IMG/VR virus record: IMGVR_UViG_3300021197_001267
Location: 1 to 59,778 of that record
From: a virus
Lineage: Duplodnaviria; Caudoviricetes
DNA length: 59,778 bases
Strand: one strand, 5' to 3'
Under the pieces are notes generated by a model. It did not search any database. It was not told the DNA's origin and worked only from the letters and a program-made list of their open reading frames with translations. The translations under genes were made by a program, and so were the position numbers. Shown here piece by piece: positions 1 through 7,704 of this stretch (the first letter of the stretch is position 1; every line of letters starts with the position of its first letter).

Positions 1-140
1 TCGCAGATGACTTCATGGAAATCATGAAGGACTACATGGCGCGTCAGGACGACGACAGCTTTGACGTAGCCGTCGAGATAGACGACCTGTATACAGACCT
101 TTCAAACCTTTACTACAACAACATCAAAGACAATGACTAA
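1..140 (+). CDS. 3' part of a 51 aa acidic early protein spanning the window junction (starts at 59763)
   Basis: Joining 59763-59778 to 1-140 gives MTKTEIADDFMEIMKDYMARQDDDSFDVAVEIDDLYTDLSNLYYNNIKDND*; its stop overlaps the next ATG (133). Confidence 0.75.
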   Translation, partial: ADDFMEIMKDYMARQDDDSFDVAVEIDDLYTDLSNLYYNNIKDND

Positions 141-357
141 AAGAAAGCAAACCAAGGGTGACCTCGTCACCACCATCATCGCCTTTGAATCAGGCCAACT
201 CGACAGCGCGGACACCATCGTGTTCTTCTCTGAACTCATCAAGAGCGGCTTGGCTTGGCAACTACAAGGAAGCTATGGCCGAGCGTCCAGAAATCTCATC
301 CTCCAAGGATACCTCAACAACAAGGGTGACATCACCTGCAATCTCGAACAACTATGA
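133..357 (+). CDS. small early hypothetical protein
   Basis: 74 aa, coupled to both neighbours; LIxSGxAWxLQGxYGR motif recalled from phage early proteins. Confidence 0.7.
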   Translation: MTKRKQTKGDLVTTIIAFESGQLDSADTIVFFSELIKSGLAWQLQGSYGRASRNLILQGYLNNKGDITCNLEQL

Positions 358-524
358 AGCCCTACGACCACACCGAAAACCCATTCATCGAGCTTGACCT
401 GTGCAAGGATGAGCTTGTGGAAGCATACGCCCTCTTTGCTGACGCTGACCCTGAAGCACAGCACCTCATCGTCGAGGCCTTGGACAGGAAGTACAGCGTC
501 GAAGAACTATGGGCTACGTTTTAA
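354..524 (+). CDS. small hypothetical protein (56 aa, not in ORF track)
   Basis: MKPYDHTENPF...EELWATF*; ATGA overlap with the previous stop. Confidence 0.65.
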   Translation: MKPYDHTENPFIELDLCKDELVEAYALFADADPEAQHLIVEALDRKYSVEELWATF

Positions 525-572
525 CATTCGTTCACACAATAAACTGACACCTCCCACGTTGAATAAGTAGAA
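521..572 (+). promoter_or_regulatory. repeated early promoter-like motif, copy 1
   Basis: TTAACATTCGTT (521-532), ACACAAT (534-540), 16 nt, CGTT (557-560), 8 nt, AGAA. Confidence 0.65.
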
Positions 573-592
573 ACCCCTAAACCCAATACACA

Positions 593-769
593 ATGCCTCG
601 ACCCAAGTACATCAGCACGTTAGAGTTGGTTACGCATGTACACCACGACAACAAGTCCGATATCCCAACAGATGAGGTCATCCGCACCCTTCAAACAGCC
701 ATCAGTGACATCAGAGATGCAGGTTCGTACAAAGCATGGATGGAAGTCATCTACACCGAAGAAAGATAA
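593..769 (+). CDS. small hypothetical protein (58 aa, not in ORF track)
   Basis: MPRPKYISTLEL...IYTEER* directly after a CAATACACAATG leader. Confidence 0.65.
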   Translation: MPRPKYISTLELVTHVHHDNKSDIPTDEVIRTLQTAISDIRDAGSYKAWMEVIYTEER

Positions 770-776
770 ACCCAAC

Positions 777-835
777 ACACAATAAACCAAGAACACACAC
801 GTTCTAATACTAGAAACCCTTAAACACAATACACA
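777..835 (+). promoter_or_regulatory. repeated early promoter-like motif, copy 2, plus leader
   Basis: ACACAAT (777-783), 16 nt, CGTT (800-803); 799-835 is identical over 37 nt to 59158-59194. Confidence 0.65.
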
Positions 836-1081
836 ATGAGCACTATCAAGAAAACAACAGAAGACGGATGGGACTGCGCTCCATCTCTCGGAATGACAGC
901 CCGTGTTGTCGATGACTTCGGCCACCTGTTCTACGAGATTCGCAACTGCGTCCGCGCAATGTCCACCGAGGATATGGTAACCGAGCTACGATACTTCGTA
1001 GAGTCTCTCGATGAAGCTGTGGCGATGGCCGAGATGCAACTCGATGGCGTTGAATTTGAAACTGTGAGCGATGAAGACTGA
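836..1081 (+). CDS. small early hypothetical protein
   Basis: 81 aa ORF directly after the conserved leader. Confidence 0.7.
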   Translation: MSTIKKTTEDGWDCAPSLGMTARVVDDFGHLFYEIRNCVRAMSTEDMVTELRYFVESLDEAVAMAEMQLDGVEFETVSDED

Positions 1082-1232
1082 CAACTACTGGACTGTCTAC
1101 AACGAGGTAGATGACCGAATCTACGATGGGACGCCCCTGTTCATCTACTACGGAGCTGCACAGGATTGGATGCGAAGCAACGATGGCAGACCATCGAGCA
1201 AGGTCATCCAAGTTAAAGTGATAGAGGATTAA
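1071..1232 (+). CDS. small hypothetical protein (53 aa, not in ORF track)
   Basis: MKTDNYWTVYNEVDD...VKVIED*; fills the gap between 836-1081 and the next motif copy. Confidence 0.6.
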   Translation: MKTDNYWTVYNEVDDRIYDGTPLFIYYGAAQDWMRSNDGRPSSKVIQVKVIED

Positions 1233-1280
1233 CATTCGTTAACACAATATCCCACACACTAATCCGTTCTAATAACAGAA
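1229..1280 (+). promoter_or_regulatory. repeated early promoter-like motif, copy 3
   Basis: TTAACATTCGTT (1229-1240), ACACAAT (1242-1248), CGTT (1265-1268), AGAA. Confidence 0.65.
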
Positions 1281-1296
1281 CACAATACAATACACA

Positions 1297-2346
1297 ATGG
1301 ATACTTACATCATGAAAGAACAAACCCAAGTCGACTCCCTGCTGTTGAGCATCGAGAAGACTATCCTCAGCGGGCCTGTCGGTGCGAGGTTTCTTAAGGA
1401 CTACAAAAGCATCAACTCATGGGAGGTTCAAAGAGAGGTTGCGGAGTTGTTGAAGAAGAACACACCAGACGACAACCTTAAGACAAGCTCGTATGACTGG
1501 CCAGACAAGGTGAAGATTGCATACAGGACGACGTCCGACAATATCCTCCGAGAGATTGACAGCAGGGTCAAGGACTACAGCCTGTCGCAGACCACAGAGA
1601 AGCCCGTCACGTTGGCTGGTGGTCAGATTGCCCGTAAGCTAATCAGTTCACCTGTGCCAAACGCATACGTTGTGAAGATTGGGACCAACTACTTCACCCT
1701 TGCTGTACTGGAGGCTGAATCTGCTCACGAGCTGTCTGACTTCCGACGTGTGGGAAGCTACGAGACTTGGAAGGAAGCTATCCTTTCGGTCAAGTACACC
1801 TACTTCTTGGCACAATCTCAATGCGATGCCAAGATGCAGTGGGATATCGAGCACGGGAATGACAACCTCCCACGAGTGGTTCGTAACGAGTACTTCCTGA
1901 CCGACGAAGAGGTCTCTCTTCGCTTACGACAAGCACGAGAAACTACGAACGAACAATCCTATTCTGTTGTAGCGGTACGCATCAAGGGCCAAGGGTTCAG
2001 TTCGTGCAAGGTTGTTACAGACGAGGAGTCAGCGAATGGCAAATCGTACAGGCCTAAATACCAAGAGGATGTCAAGATAGTAGCGGGGTTGTCTTACAAC
2101 AAGGCCAAGGCTATTGCGACCGACGTAAACAACATGAAGCGGGCCATCTACCTTGAGCAACGTCAACTCAAAAAGATAGCAGACCTCCAAGAATCTCTGA
2201 ACGATGCGATTGAAGCAAAGAGTAGATACCTGAAGGAGCGGATGGAAGCGGACCAAGAACTCGAAGACACCCTTCAGAATCTTGCCAACGACACCGAGGT
2301 CATAGAGATAGTAAAAGAAGTAATCCAAAACACAACACTACAATGA
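1297..2346 (+). CDS. hypothetical early protein with C-terminal coiled coil
   Basis: 349 aa ORF after the conserved leader; no family recognised. Confidence 0.75.
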   Translation: MDTYIMKEQTQVDSLLLSIEKTILSGPVGARFLKDYKSINSWEVQREVAELLKKNTPDDNLKTSSYDWPDKVKIAYRTTSDNILREIDSRVKDYSLSQTTEKPVTLAGGQIARKLISSPVPNAYVVKIGTNYFTLAVLEAESAHELSDFRRVGSYETWKEAILSVKYTYFLAQSQCDAKMQWDIEHGNDNLPRVVRNEYFLTDEEVSLRLRQARETTNEQSYSVVAVRIKGQGFSSCKVVTDEESANGKSYRPKYQEDVKIVAGLSYNKAKAIATDVNNMKRAIYLEQRQLKKIADLQESLNDAIEAKSRYLKERMEADQELEDTLQNLANDTEVIEIVKEVIQNTTLQ

Positions 2347-2579
2347 ATAGCCAACTACCACACGAAGTCCTGATGACTCTTGAAGACAAAGCAAAGATGT
2401 TCGACAAGGTCTTGCGAGCACATAGCAGAAAAATTGCTGTCATGAAAGACCCTATGTCTATGAGTCGCAACGCTGTCTACAATTTCAACCACGAGATTAA
2501 CAAAATCATGAGGGATGCCGAGCGCTTCGGCTTCCTCCCACTCCACCCCTCAACAAACAACCAACAGAATGTGCATTAA
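2343..2579 (+). CDS. hypothetical protein
   Basis: 78 aa, ATGA overlap. Confidence 0.65.
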   Translation: MNSQLPHEVLMTLEDKAKMFDKVLRAHSRKIAVMKDPMSMSRNAVYNFNHEINKIMRDAERFGFLPLHPSTNNQQNVH

Positions 2580-2596
2580 AATTAACATCACATCCC

Positions 2597-2627
2597 TTGG
2601 ATATTCCAGAAATAGTTCCGAACTTTG
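2597..2627 (+). promoter_or_regulatory. putative Bacteroidota housekeeping-sigma promoter (-33/-7) for the recombination/replication block
   Basis: TTG (2597-2599), 20 nt, GAACTTTG (2620-2627, one mismatch to TAnnTTTG). Confidence 0.4.
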
Positions 2628-2645
2628 TAAAACAATTAGAGACCT

Positions 2646-2810
2646 ATGAGGATACTCCACTGGGTTGTTATGGTGACAGCCTTAATAACCTCCACAATTT
2701 TGTGGCTCCCCATGTATGTCATCAGGAAGTTGTTCCTGCACAGCGTAATCACTGCCTCAAGAGCGCTTGAGAAGTGTACGGGAATCACAATCGAACCACC
2801 AATAAATTAA
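2646..2810 (+). CDS. small membrane protein (54 aa, not in ORF track)
   Basis: MRILHWVVMVTALITSTILWLPMYVIRKLF... hydrophobic N-terminal helix. Confidence 0.5.
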   Translation: MRILHWVVMVTALITSTILWLPMYVIRKLFLHSVITASRALEKCTGITIEPPIN

Positions 2811-2827
2811 ATTCAAACCCCTATAAG

Positions 2828-3445
2828 ATGTCAGAAGACACAACAACCCCCTCAGCTATCGTCAAGGCGATGGCAACAATCCAATCCTCCCTCAAGGCTC
2901 CCAAGGGACAGACAAACAAGTTTGGAGGATACAAGTATCGCTCATGCGAAGACATCCTTGAGTCGGTCAAACCTCATTTGAATACCCACAATCTTATCCT
3001 CACAGTTAGTGACGAGATGGTTGAGGTAGGAGGTAGAGTCTATGTAAAAGCCACGGCCATCGTACACAACATGGAGGGTCAGGCAGTACAGACCAACGGC
3101 TATGCCCGTGAAGAAGAGAACAAGAAAGGTATGGATGCTTCCCAGATTACTGGGTCCACATCAAGCTATGCCCGCAAGTATGCTCTCAATGGATTGTTCT
3201 GCATCGACGACACCAAAGACAGCGATGCAACCAACAGCCATGGTCGCAACACACCTGCATCTAAGGCGGCTCCCAAGAAAGCAGCCAAGACCAGTGGCTC
3301 GATGTCAGATGAAGAGCTGGACCAGCTTGAGAACTACATCAGGAGCAGCAAGAATTCCTTGGCGGCATACCAAGCTGTCGATGATAAGCACGGAAAGCGA
3401 TTGTCTCCTGCACAGGCAGACCGCTTGAAGTCTGCTTGCGGATGA
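2828..3445 (+). CDS. erf: Erf-family single-strand annealing protein
   Basis: LKAPKGQTNKFGGYKYRSCEDILESVKP and SQITGSTSSYARKYALNGLFCIDDTKDSD; start moved to ATG 2828. Confidence 0.9.
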   Translation: MSEDTTTPSAIVKAMATIQSSLKAPKGQTNKFGGYKYRSCEDILESVKPHLNTHNLILTVSDEMVEVGGRVYVKATAIVHNMEGQAVQTNGYAREEENKKGMDASQITGSTSSYARKYALNGLFCIDDTKDSDATNSHGRNTPASKAAPKKAAKTSGSMSDEELDQLENYIRSSKNSLAAYQAVDDKHGKRLSPAQADRLKSACG

Positions 3446-4227
3446 TGCAGTTTGCTAACCAACTTGCGGAGCGAGTAGGCAAGGGTTACTTGTCTTACTC
3501 CTCCTGCAAGGAGGCACTCAAGGACATCAAACTTTGGGAGCTGTATATGCAGGGACGATTGAGGAAGCACTCTGATGCGCTTCACTTCGGTTCGATATAC
3601 GACAAGCTTTTGTTTGAGCCACAATCTTTTGATAAGGAGTTCGTTGTTGTCAATGACGACAAGATTACCGCAGAGATTGGAGGCAAGTCACCGAGGGCTA
3701 CGAAGAAGTACAAGGACTGGCTAAAGGAAATGACCCTTGATGCCACCAAGTCCAAGTTGGGCGTAGTCAACGCCAACGATTACAAGCAAGCCATCGAGAT
3801 GATTGAGCGACTGGACAAGACTCCAGTTCGTGAAGAGTTTCTGAAGGGCGACTATCAAGTGGAGTTCAACAGCTTCATTGAAGGAACCGAGGGGGATGAC
3901 ATCCCTGTTAGAGGATTCCTAGACTGCAAGGGGGATGGTTACATCTCCGACAGCAAGACAACTCAGCGCATGAGTGGGTTCAAGTACGATGTCAACAAGT
4001 TTAGCTACGACATTCAGGCTTACATCTACTGCGAGGTCTTCGGAGTTGAAGACTACTACTGGGTTGTCCAAGAGAAGGCTTACCCCTATGCTGTCGGTGT
4101 ATACAAGGCATCTCCAAGAACATTAGAAGGTGGAGAAAGGAAGTTCCATGCAGCGGTAGCAAAAATCAAAGCCTACCTCGATGGTCACCTCATCCCCGAA
4201 GCTTACTACAATTACCAAGAGATATGA
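3442..4227 (+). CDS. PD-(D/E)XK exonuclease (RecE/exonuclease VIII-like, DUF3799-like)
   Basis: LSYSS, FGS, RGFLDC...DSKTT, YDIQAYIY motifs; coupled to erf. Confidence 0.8.
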   Translation: MMQFANQLAERVGKGYLSYSSCKEALKDIKLWELYMQGRLRKHSDALHFGSIYDKLLFEPQSFDKEFVVVNDDKITAEIGGKSPRATKKYKDWLKEMTLDATKSKLGVVNANDYKQAIEMIERLDKTPVREEFLKGDYQVEFNSFIEGTEGDDIPVRGFLDCKGDGYISDSKTTQRMSGFKYDVNKFSYDIQAYIYCEVFGVEDYYWVVQEKAYPYAVGVYKASPRTLEGGERKFHAAVAKIKAYLDGHLIPEAYYNYQEI

Positions 4228-4496
4228 ACACAGGACACATCATCAGTCAAGCAAACGAGTTCTTCGGAACTGACGTTACTCAAACCACGAAATTCAAGGC
4301 CCCCTTGTGGGATGCCAAGTGTAGCGTGGTAAGGTATCTGGTTGCCGACATGCAGATTCCTTACAAGGATTTGAAGAATGTCTTCAACTGCACGAGCAAT
4401 GAGCTATGGTTCTTGCGTGTGCACGGAGACAATAAGATGATGGTCCCTGCGTTTAGAAGTAAGTACACAGAGTTTGTTAGTTCATTAACCCCTTAA
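4224..4496 (+). CDS. small helical protein, possibly DnaA domain IV-like HTH
   Basis: IISQANEFFG...AKCSVVRYLVADMQIPYKDLKNVF loosely resembles DnaA_C helices. Confidence 0.45.
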   Translation: MNTGHIISQANEFFGTDVTQTTKFKAPLWDAKCSVVRYLVADMQIPYKDLKNVFNCTSNELWFLRVHGDNKMMVPAFRSKYTEFVSSLTP

Positions 4497-4506
4497 TTCC
4501 ATAATC

Positions 4507-4761
4507 ATGTCGAAAGACAACAACAACAACTACGTAGGTTACGTAGAACCCCACGTCTCTTTCAAAGTCAAGTTCACCTTGGCCGAGTTGGAGCAGATGA
4601 AGCAGTTTGCCACAGAGAAAGGCAACGTCTACATCAAAGTAAACTGCACCAAGAACAAGGAGCAGAACAACAAAGGCAACGCATGGGCGGTCGTAGAAGA
4701 CCCGAAGTCATGGGCCTCACAGAAGCCAGCTGAAACGTCAGCGGACTCTATGCCGTTCTGA
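4507..4761 (+). CDS. small putative ssDNA-binding protein
   Basis: beta-rich 84 aa protein with flexible tail ending ADSMPF (SSB-like terminus), in the recombination cluster. Confidence 0.5.
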   Translation: MSKDNNNNYVGYVEPHVSFKVKFTLAELEQMKQFATEKGNVYIKVNCTKNKEQNNKGNAWAVVEDPKSWASQKPAETSADSMPF

Positions 4762-4767
4762 ACCAGA

Positions 4768-4841
4768 GGGGTGGCGCATGGTGTGCAGGGAGAGCCTGCA
4801 ACAAGGCTTATGTATTGAGCCTTAGGAAACAAAGCCACCCC
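4768..4841 (+). ncRNA. predicted three-way-junction structured RNA
   Basis: GGGGTGGC (4768-4775)/GCCACCCC (4834-4841) encloses hairpins TGCAGG/CCTGCA and AAGGCT/AGCCTT. Confidence 0.55.
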
Positions 4842-4847
4842 GTATCT

Positions 4848-4921
4848 GCCCTTGTAGCTCAGTTGGATAGAGCACCCGCCTTCTAAGCGGGCGGTCACAG
4901 GTTCGAATCCTGTCGGGGGTA
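4848..4921 (+). tRNA. tRNA-Arg (anticodon TCT)
   Basis: Cloverleaf: acceptor GCCCTTG/CGGGGGT, D arm GCTC-AGTTGGATA-GAGC, anticodon arm CCCGC-CTTCTAA-GCGGG, T arm ACAGG-TTCGAAT-CCTGT; CCA not encoded. Confidence 0.93.
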
Positions 4922-4923
4922 CT

Positions 4924-5123
4924 TCCCATATCTTCTAGCCCTTGCGGGTAAAAGACTCTACCTTGTCGGGTGAGGTGGGATATCCAGTCATGTCTTGTTC
5001 GCTGTCGAAGCTATGTCGGAAGATTTGTTTAAGCGACAACAGACAAATGATTAAATGGGGGCCGCAAGGTTGACGACTCATTACCCTTTATGGATATCAA
5101 AGACTGACAGCTGGAAAGACAGC
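4924..5123 (+). ncRNA. predicted ~200 nt multi-branched structured RNA downstream of the tRNA
   Basis: TCCCA/TGGGA junction (4924-4980); GATATCCA (4979-4986)/TGGATATC (5091-5098) enclosing a long hairpin and a GCAA-tetraloop hairpin; terminal GCTG-GAAAGA-CAGC hairpin. Confidence 0.55.
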
Positions 5124-5132
5124 ATCGCTTTT

Positions 5133-5196
5133 AAGGTAGCATGGTGGCCGCATCTGTGCGTGCGCGTGAGGTGTTCGATTCCCCTCCTCCCTTCCA
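5133..5196 (+). ncRNA. tRNA-like element (T arm, acceptor-like stem and CCA, no normal D/anticodon arms)
   Basis: GAGGTG-TTCGATT-CCCCTC T arm, AAGGTAG/CTCCCTT stem, CCA at 5194-5196. Confidence 0.45.
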
Positions 5197-5209
5197 AAAT
5201 TTAATTCAA

Positions 5210-5707
5210 ATGAAAAAGAAACCTACTAACCCCTTTCTTCTTGAGGCTAGGAACAGATACTTCGAAGCCATTGGACTAGCCGACAAGAGCAGGACGTCCA
5301 AGCAAAGATGGATGAAGAACAGGAAGCGACACATCGTGGAGCAGAGAGCGGCTCTGTTCAATGCAGTGTCTCCCTTCTGCGGCAGGGCTGACTGCGCATC
5401 CATGTTCAACAAGGACCACGCCACGGTGCTTCACGCTATCAAGAGTCATGAGATGTACTTGAAATACAGCGCAAACTATGGGCAGGTTTATGAGCAAGCA
5501 ACTAAGATTGTTGCCGACCTTGCAAAGGAAATGAGAGTCTACCCCATGGGCCAGTACAGACATTACGTTAGTAGTGAGTCAGAACTAGAGTCCCTACAAA
5601 GAACCCTTGATAATCTTCAAACAACATTAGACCATGTCAAAGACCGCGTCAGAAAAAATACGAACCCAGTGCGAGAGTATCGCGGAGTTCTTAGTGGAGA
5701 AGAATAA
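5210..5707 (+). CDS. DnaA domain IV-like HTH DNA-binding protein with coiled-coil tail
   Basis: RKRHIVEQR...FNKDHATVLHAIK matches the DnaA_C RDHTTVLHA signature; start moved to ATG 5210. Confidence 0.7.
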   Translation: MKKKPTNPFLLEARNRYFEAIGLADKSRTSKQRWMKNRKRHIVEQRAALFNAVSPFCGRADCASMFNKDHATVLHAIKSHEMYLKYSANYGQVYEQATKIVADLAKEMRVYPMGQYRHYVSSESELESLQRTLDNLQTTLDHVKDRVRKNTNPVREYRGVLSGEE

Positions 5708-6008
5708 TAAGTACGGAAGCTCTGCGTTATCACCATCGAGAATCTTTAGCAAGGCTGACTCAGTAGAGCAGTTGAAGGTTCGGATAGACGACAAGCTCAA
5801 CAGAATCTTAAACTACAACGACAGCACAGAAGACGAGGACGTTATTCAAGACCTAATCGGGTATCTAATTCTTTTACAAATAAAATTAAATGAGCAACCA
5901 AGTGGTAACCATATTCCCTTCCATACATCAAGTACAAGAACCAACGTACATCTCTCTGGGTACAGCACTGGAGAGAATCAAGAAGGGGAAACACACAACG
6001 AGGATTGA
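5634..6008 (+). CDS. DUF1599-like (nucleotide-modification associated) protein
   Basis: EKNNKYGSS...VRIDDKLNRI...EDVIQDLIGYLIL. Confidence 0.75.
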   Translation: MSKTASEKIRTQCESIAEFLVEKNNKYGSSALSPSRIFSKADSVEQLKVRIDDKLNRILNYNDSTEDEDVIQDLIGYLILLQIKLNEQPSGNHIPFHTSSTRTNVHLSGYSTGENQEGETHNED

Positions 6009-7695
6009 GAAAATCAGGGAGGGAGATAAGTCTGAGAAGACAAAGCTTCCTATCGTGTTGTTTTCTGGGGAGTTTAGTGGCAGGAAAGACGACATGCTTA
6101 AGAGGCACAGCGGTCTCATTGTCCTCGACTTCGACCACATTGACATAGACAGGGGCAAGTCTGTCATAGGCTCGGACAAGTATGTTCGAAGCTGTTGGGT
6201 TAGCCCCAGTGGAAACGGCATCAAGGCATTGGTCGAGGTGCTTGAACCATCGCGTCACCGCGACCACTTCCGCAGCCTTCAGCAATACTTCGATAGCCAG
6301 TACGGGTTAGAGGTGGATGGCACAGGCATCAACGAGTCGAGGGCTTGCTTTGAATCATGCGACCCTGACATCGTCATCAAGAACGAGTCGGATGTATTCG
6401 TTGGCATGGTGGCAGAGCAGAGGAACACTGACTACGTACAGGACATCCAGTCTAAGACTGACTACGAGAAGCTGAACATCGCTGCTCGCATGATTAACAA
6501 GGCCAGCGAGGGAGAGAAGCACAGCACATTGATACGCGCATCACATCTCATCGGTGGGTATGTGGCCGCAGGAAGGATTGAAGAAGACGTTGCATTCTTT
6601 GTGCTTGAAAGAGAGATAGAGAAGCATGACGTAGATGACCTTGCCTTGGCAAGAAAGACAATCAAGGATGGCATTGCTCACGGCAAGACCATGCCCATCA
6701 AGGAAATCATTGAGGACGAGGAGAAGATTAAGAGAGACATTCTCTTGCAAGACGGAGACATGTCATTCGTCTCGTCTGACGACTCAGACTTTCAGTGGAT
6801 TGATGACTACAGGGAGGGACGGATTGAGGTTGGCTTGTCGACGGGCAACACAAGGGTAGACAACAACTTCAGATTCAAGAAGGAGTTCGTAATGATAAAC
6901 GGACACAGCAACATCGGCAAGACAACCTTCACGTTGTTCATGATGGTGAGTGCCAGCATCAACCACGGATGGAGGTGGGTTATCTACAGCGCAGAGAATA
7001 GTACAGCGGCTATCAAGATGAAGCTAATGCAGTTCTGTCTGAACAAGCACATCCAGTCTATGGGCTATCAAGAACAGAAGAGAGCTTACGAGTGGGTGAA
7101 AGAACACTTCATCATCCTGAAGAACGATGAGGTCCTGAGTTACACCGACGTGTTGTTGTATGCTGAGAAGCTTCACAGACACAAGGCTATCGACGGCCTG
7201 TTCATCGACCCGTACAACAGCCTTCGCATTGATGGCATGAAGGGCAAGCACCTCAACTCTCACGAGTACCACTATGAGGCAGCCTCTGACTTCTTGACAT
7301 TCAGCAACAGGCTAGGCGTGGCGGTGTGGGTAAACGCTCACAGTGTTACGGAGTCACAACGACAGAAGGATGCTGATGGATACCCAAGAGCTCCATACGC
7401 GGAAGACACAGAGGGTGGGGGTAAGTGGGTGAACAGGGCAGACTGCTTCATCACTCTTCACAGAAAGGTCCAGCACGTAGACCCCAACGTTCGCTTCACA
7501 ACAGAGATGCACGTGCGAAAGGTTAGAGAGACAGATACAGGAGGTCAGCCAACCCCATTCGCAGAACCGTTGTACTTCAGCTTCAACAAAACACACAGCG
7601 CATTCAATCTGGAGGGCCCAGTGCAGACTTTCTTTTCTCCACTAGGTGAACAAGTAGTTGGCAAACAGGCGTCTATTCCCCCTCATCTATTGTAA
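5890..7695 (+). CDS. primase-helicase (VirE-N/BT4734-like primase domain + DnaB/RecA-like helicase)
   Basis: KTKLP..FSGEF...HSGLIVLDFDH, WVSPSGNGIK; Walker A GHSNIGKT, Walker B LFIDPYN. Confidence 0.85.
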   Translation: MSNQVVTIFPSIHQVQEPTYISLGTALERIKKGKHTTRIEKIREGDKSEKTKLPIVLFSGEFSGRKDDMLKRHSGLIVLDFDHIDIDRGKSVIGSDKYVRSCWVSPSGNGIKALVEVLEPSRHRDHFRSLQQYFDSQYGLEVDGTGINESRACFESCDPDIVIKNESDVFVGMVAEQRNTDYVQDIQSKTDYEKLNIAARMINKASEGEKHSTLIRASHLIGGYVAAGRIEEDVAFFVLEREIEKHDVDDLALARKTIKDGIAHGKTMPIKEIIEDEEKIKRDILLQDGDMSFVSSDDSDFQWIDDYREGRIEVGLSTGNTRVDNNFRFKKEFVMINGHSNIGKTTFTLFMMVSASINHGWRWVIYSAENSTAAIKMKLMQFCLNKHIQSMGYQEQKRAYEWVKEHFIILKNDEVLSYTDVLLYAEKLHRHKAIDGLFIDPYNSLRIDGMKGKHLNSHEYHYEAASDFLTFSNRLGVAVWVNAHSVTESQRQKDADGYPRAPYAEDTEGGGKWVNRADCFITLHRKVQHVDPNVRFTTEMHVRKVRETDTGGQPTPFAEPLYFSFNKTHSAFNLEGPVQTFFSPLGEQVVGKQASIPPHLL

Positions 7696-7704
7696 ACTGA
7701 CAGC

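Noticed and set aside
127-142. AAGACAATGACTAAAA near both window ends as a terminal repeat
   Set aside because: The match is about 16 nt, is not at position 1 and coincides with stop/start overlaps of consecutive genes; flanks differ.
521-1296. Repeats as a CRISPR mini-array
   Set aside because: Copies are imperfect, hundreds of nt apart and separated by genes; they fit promoter/leader elements.
4924-5196. tmRNA
   Set aside because: No GGGG..G acceptor with a G3-U pair and no tag reading frame recognised; only a T-arm-like 3' end.
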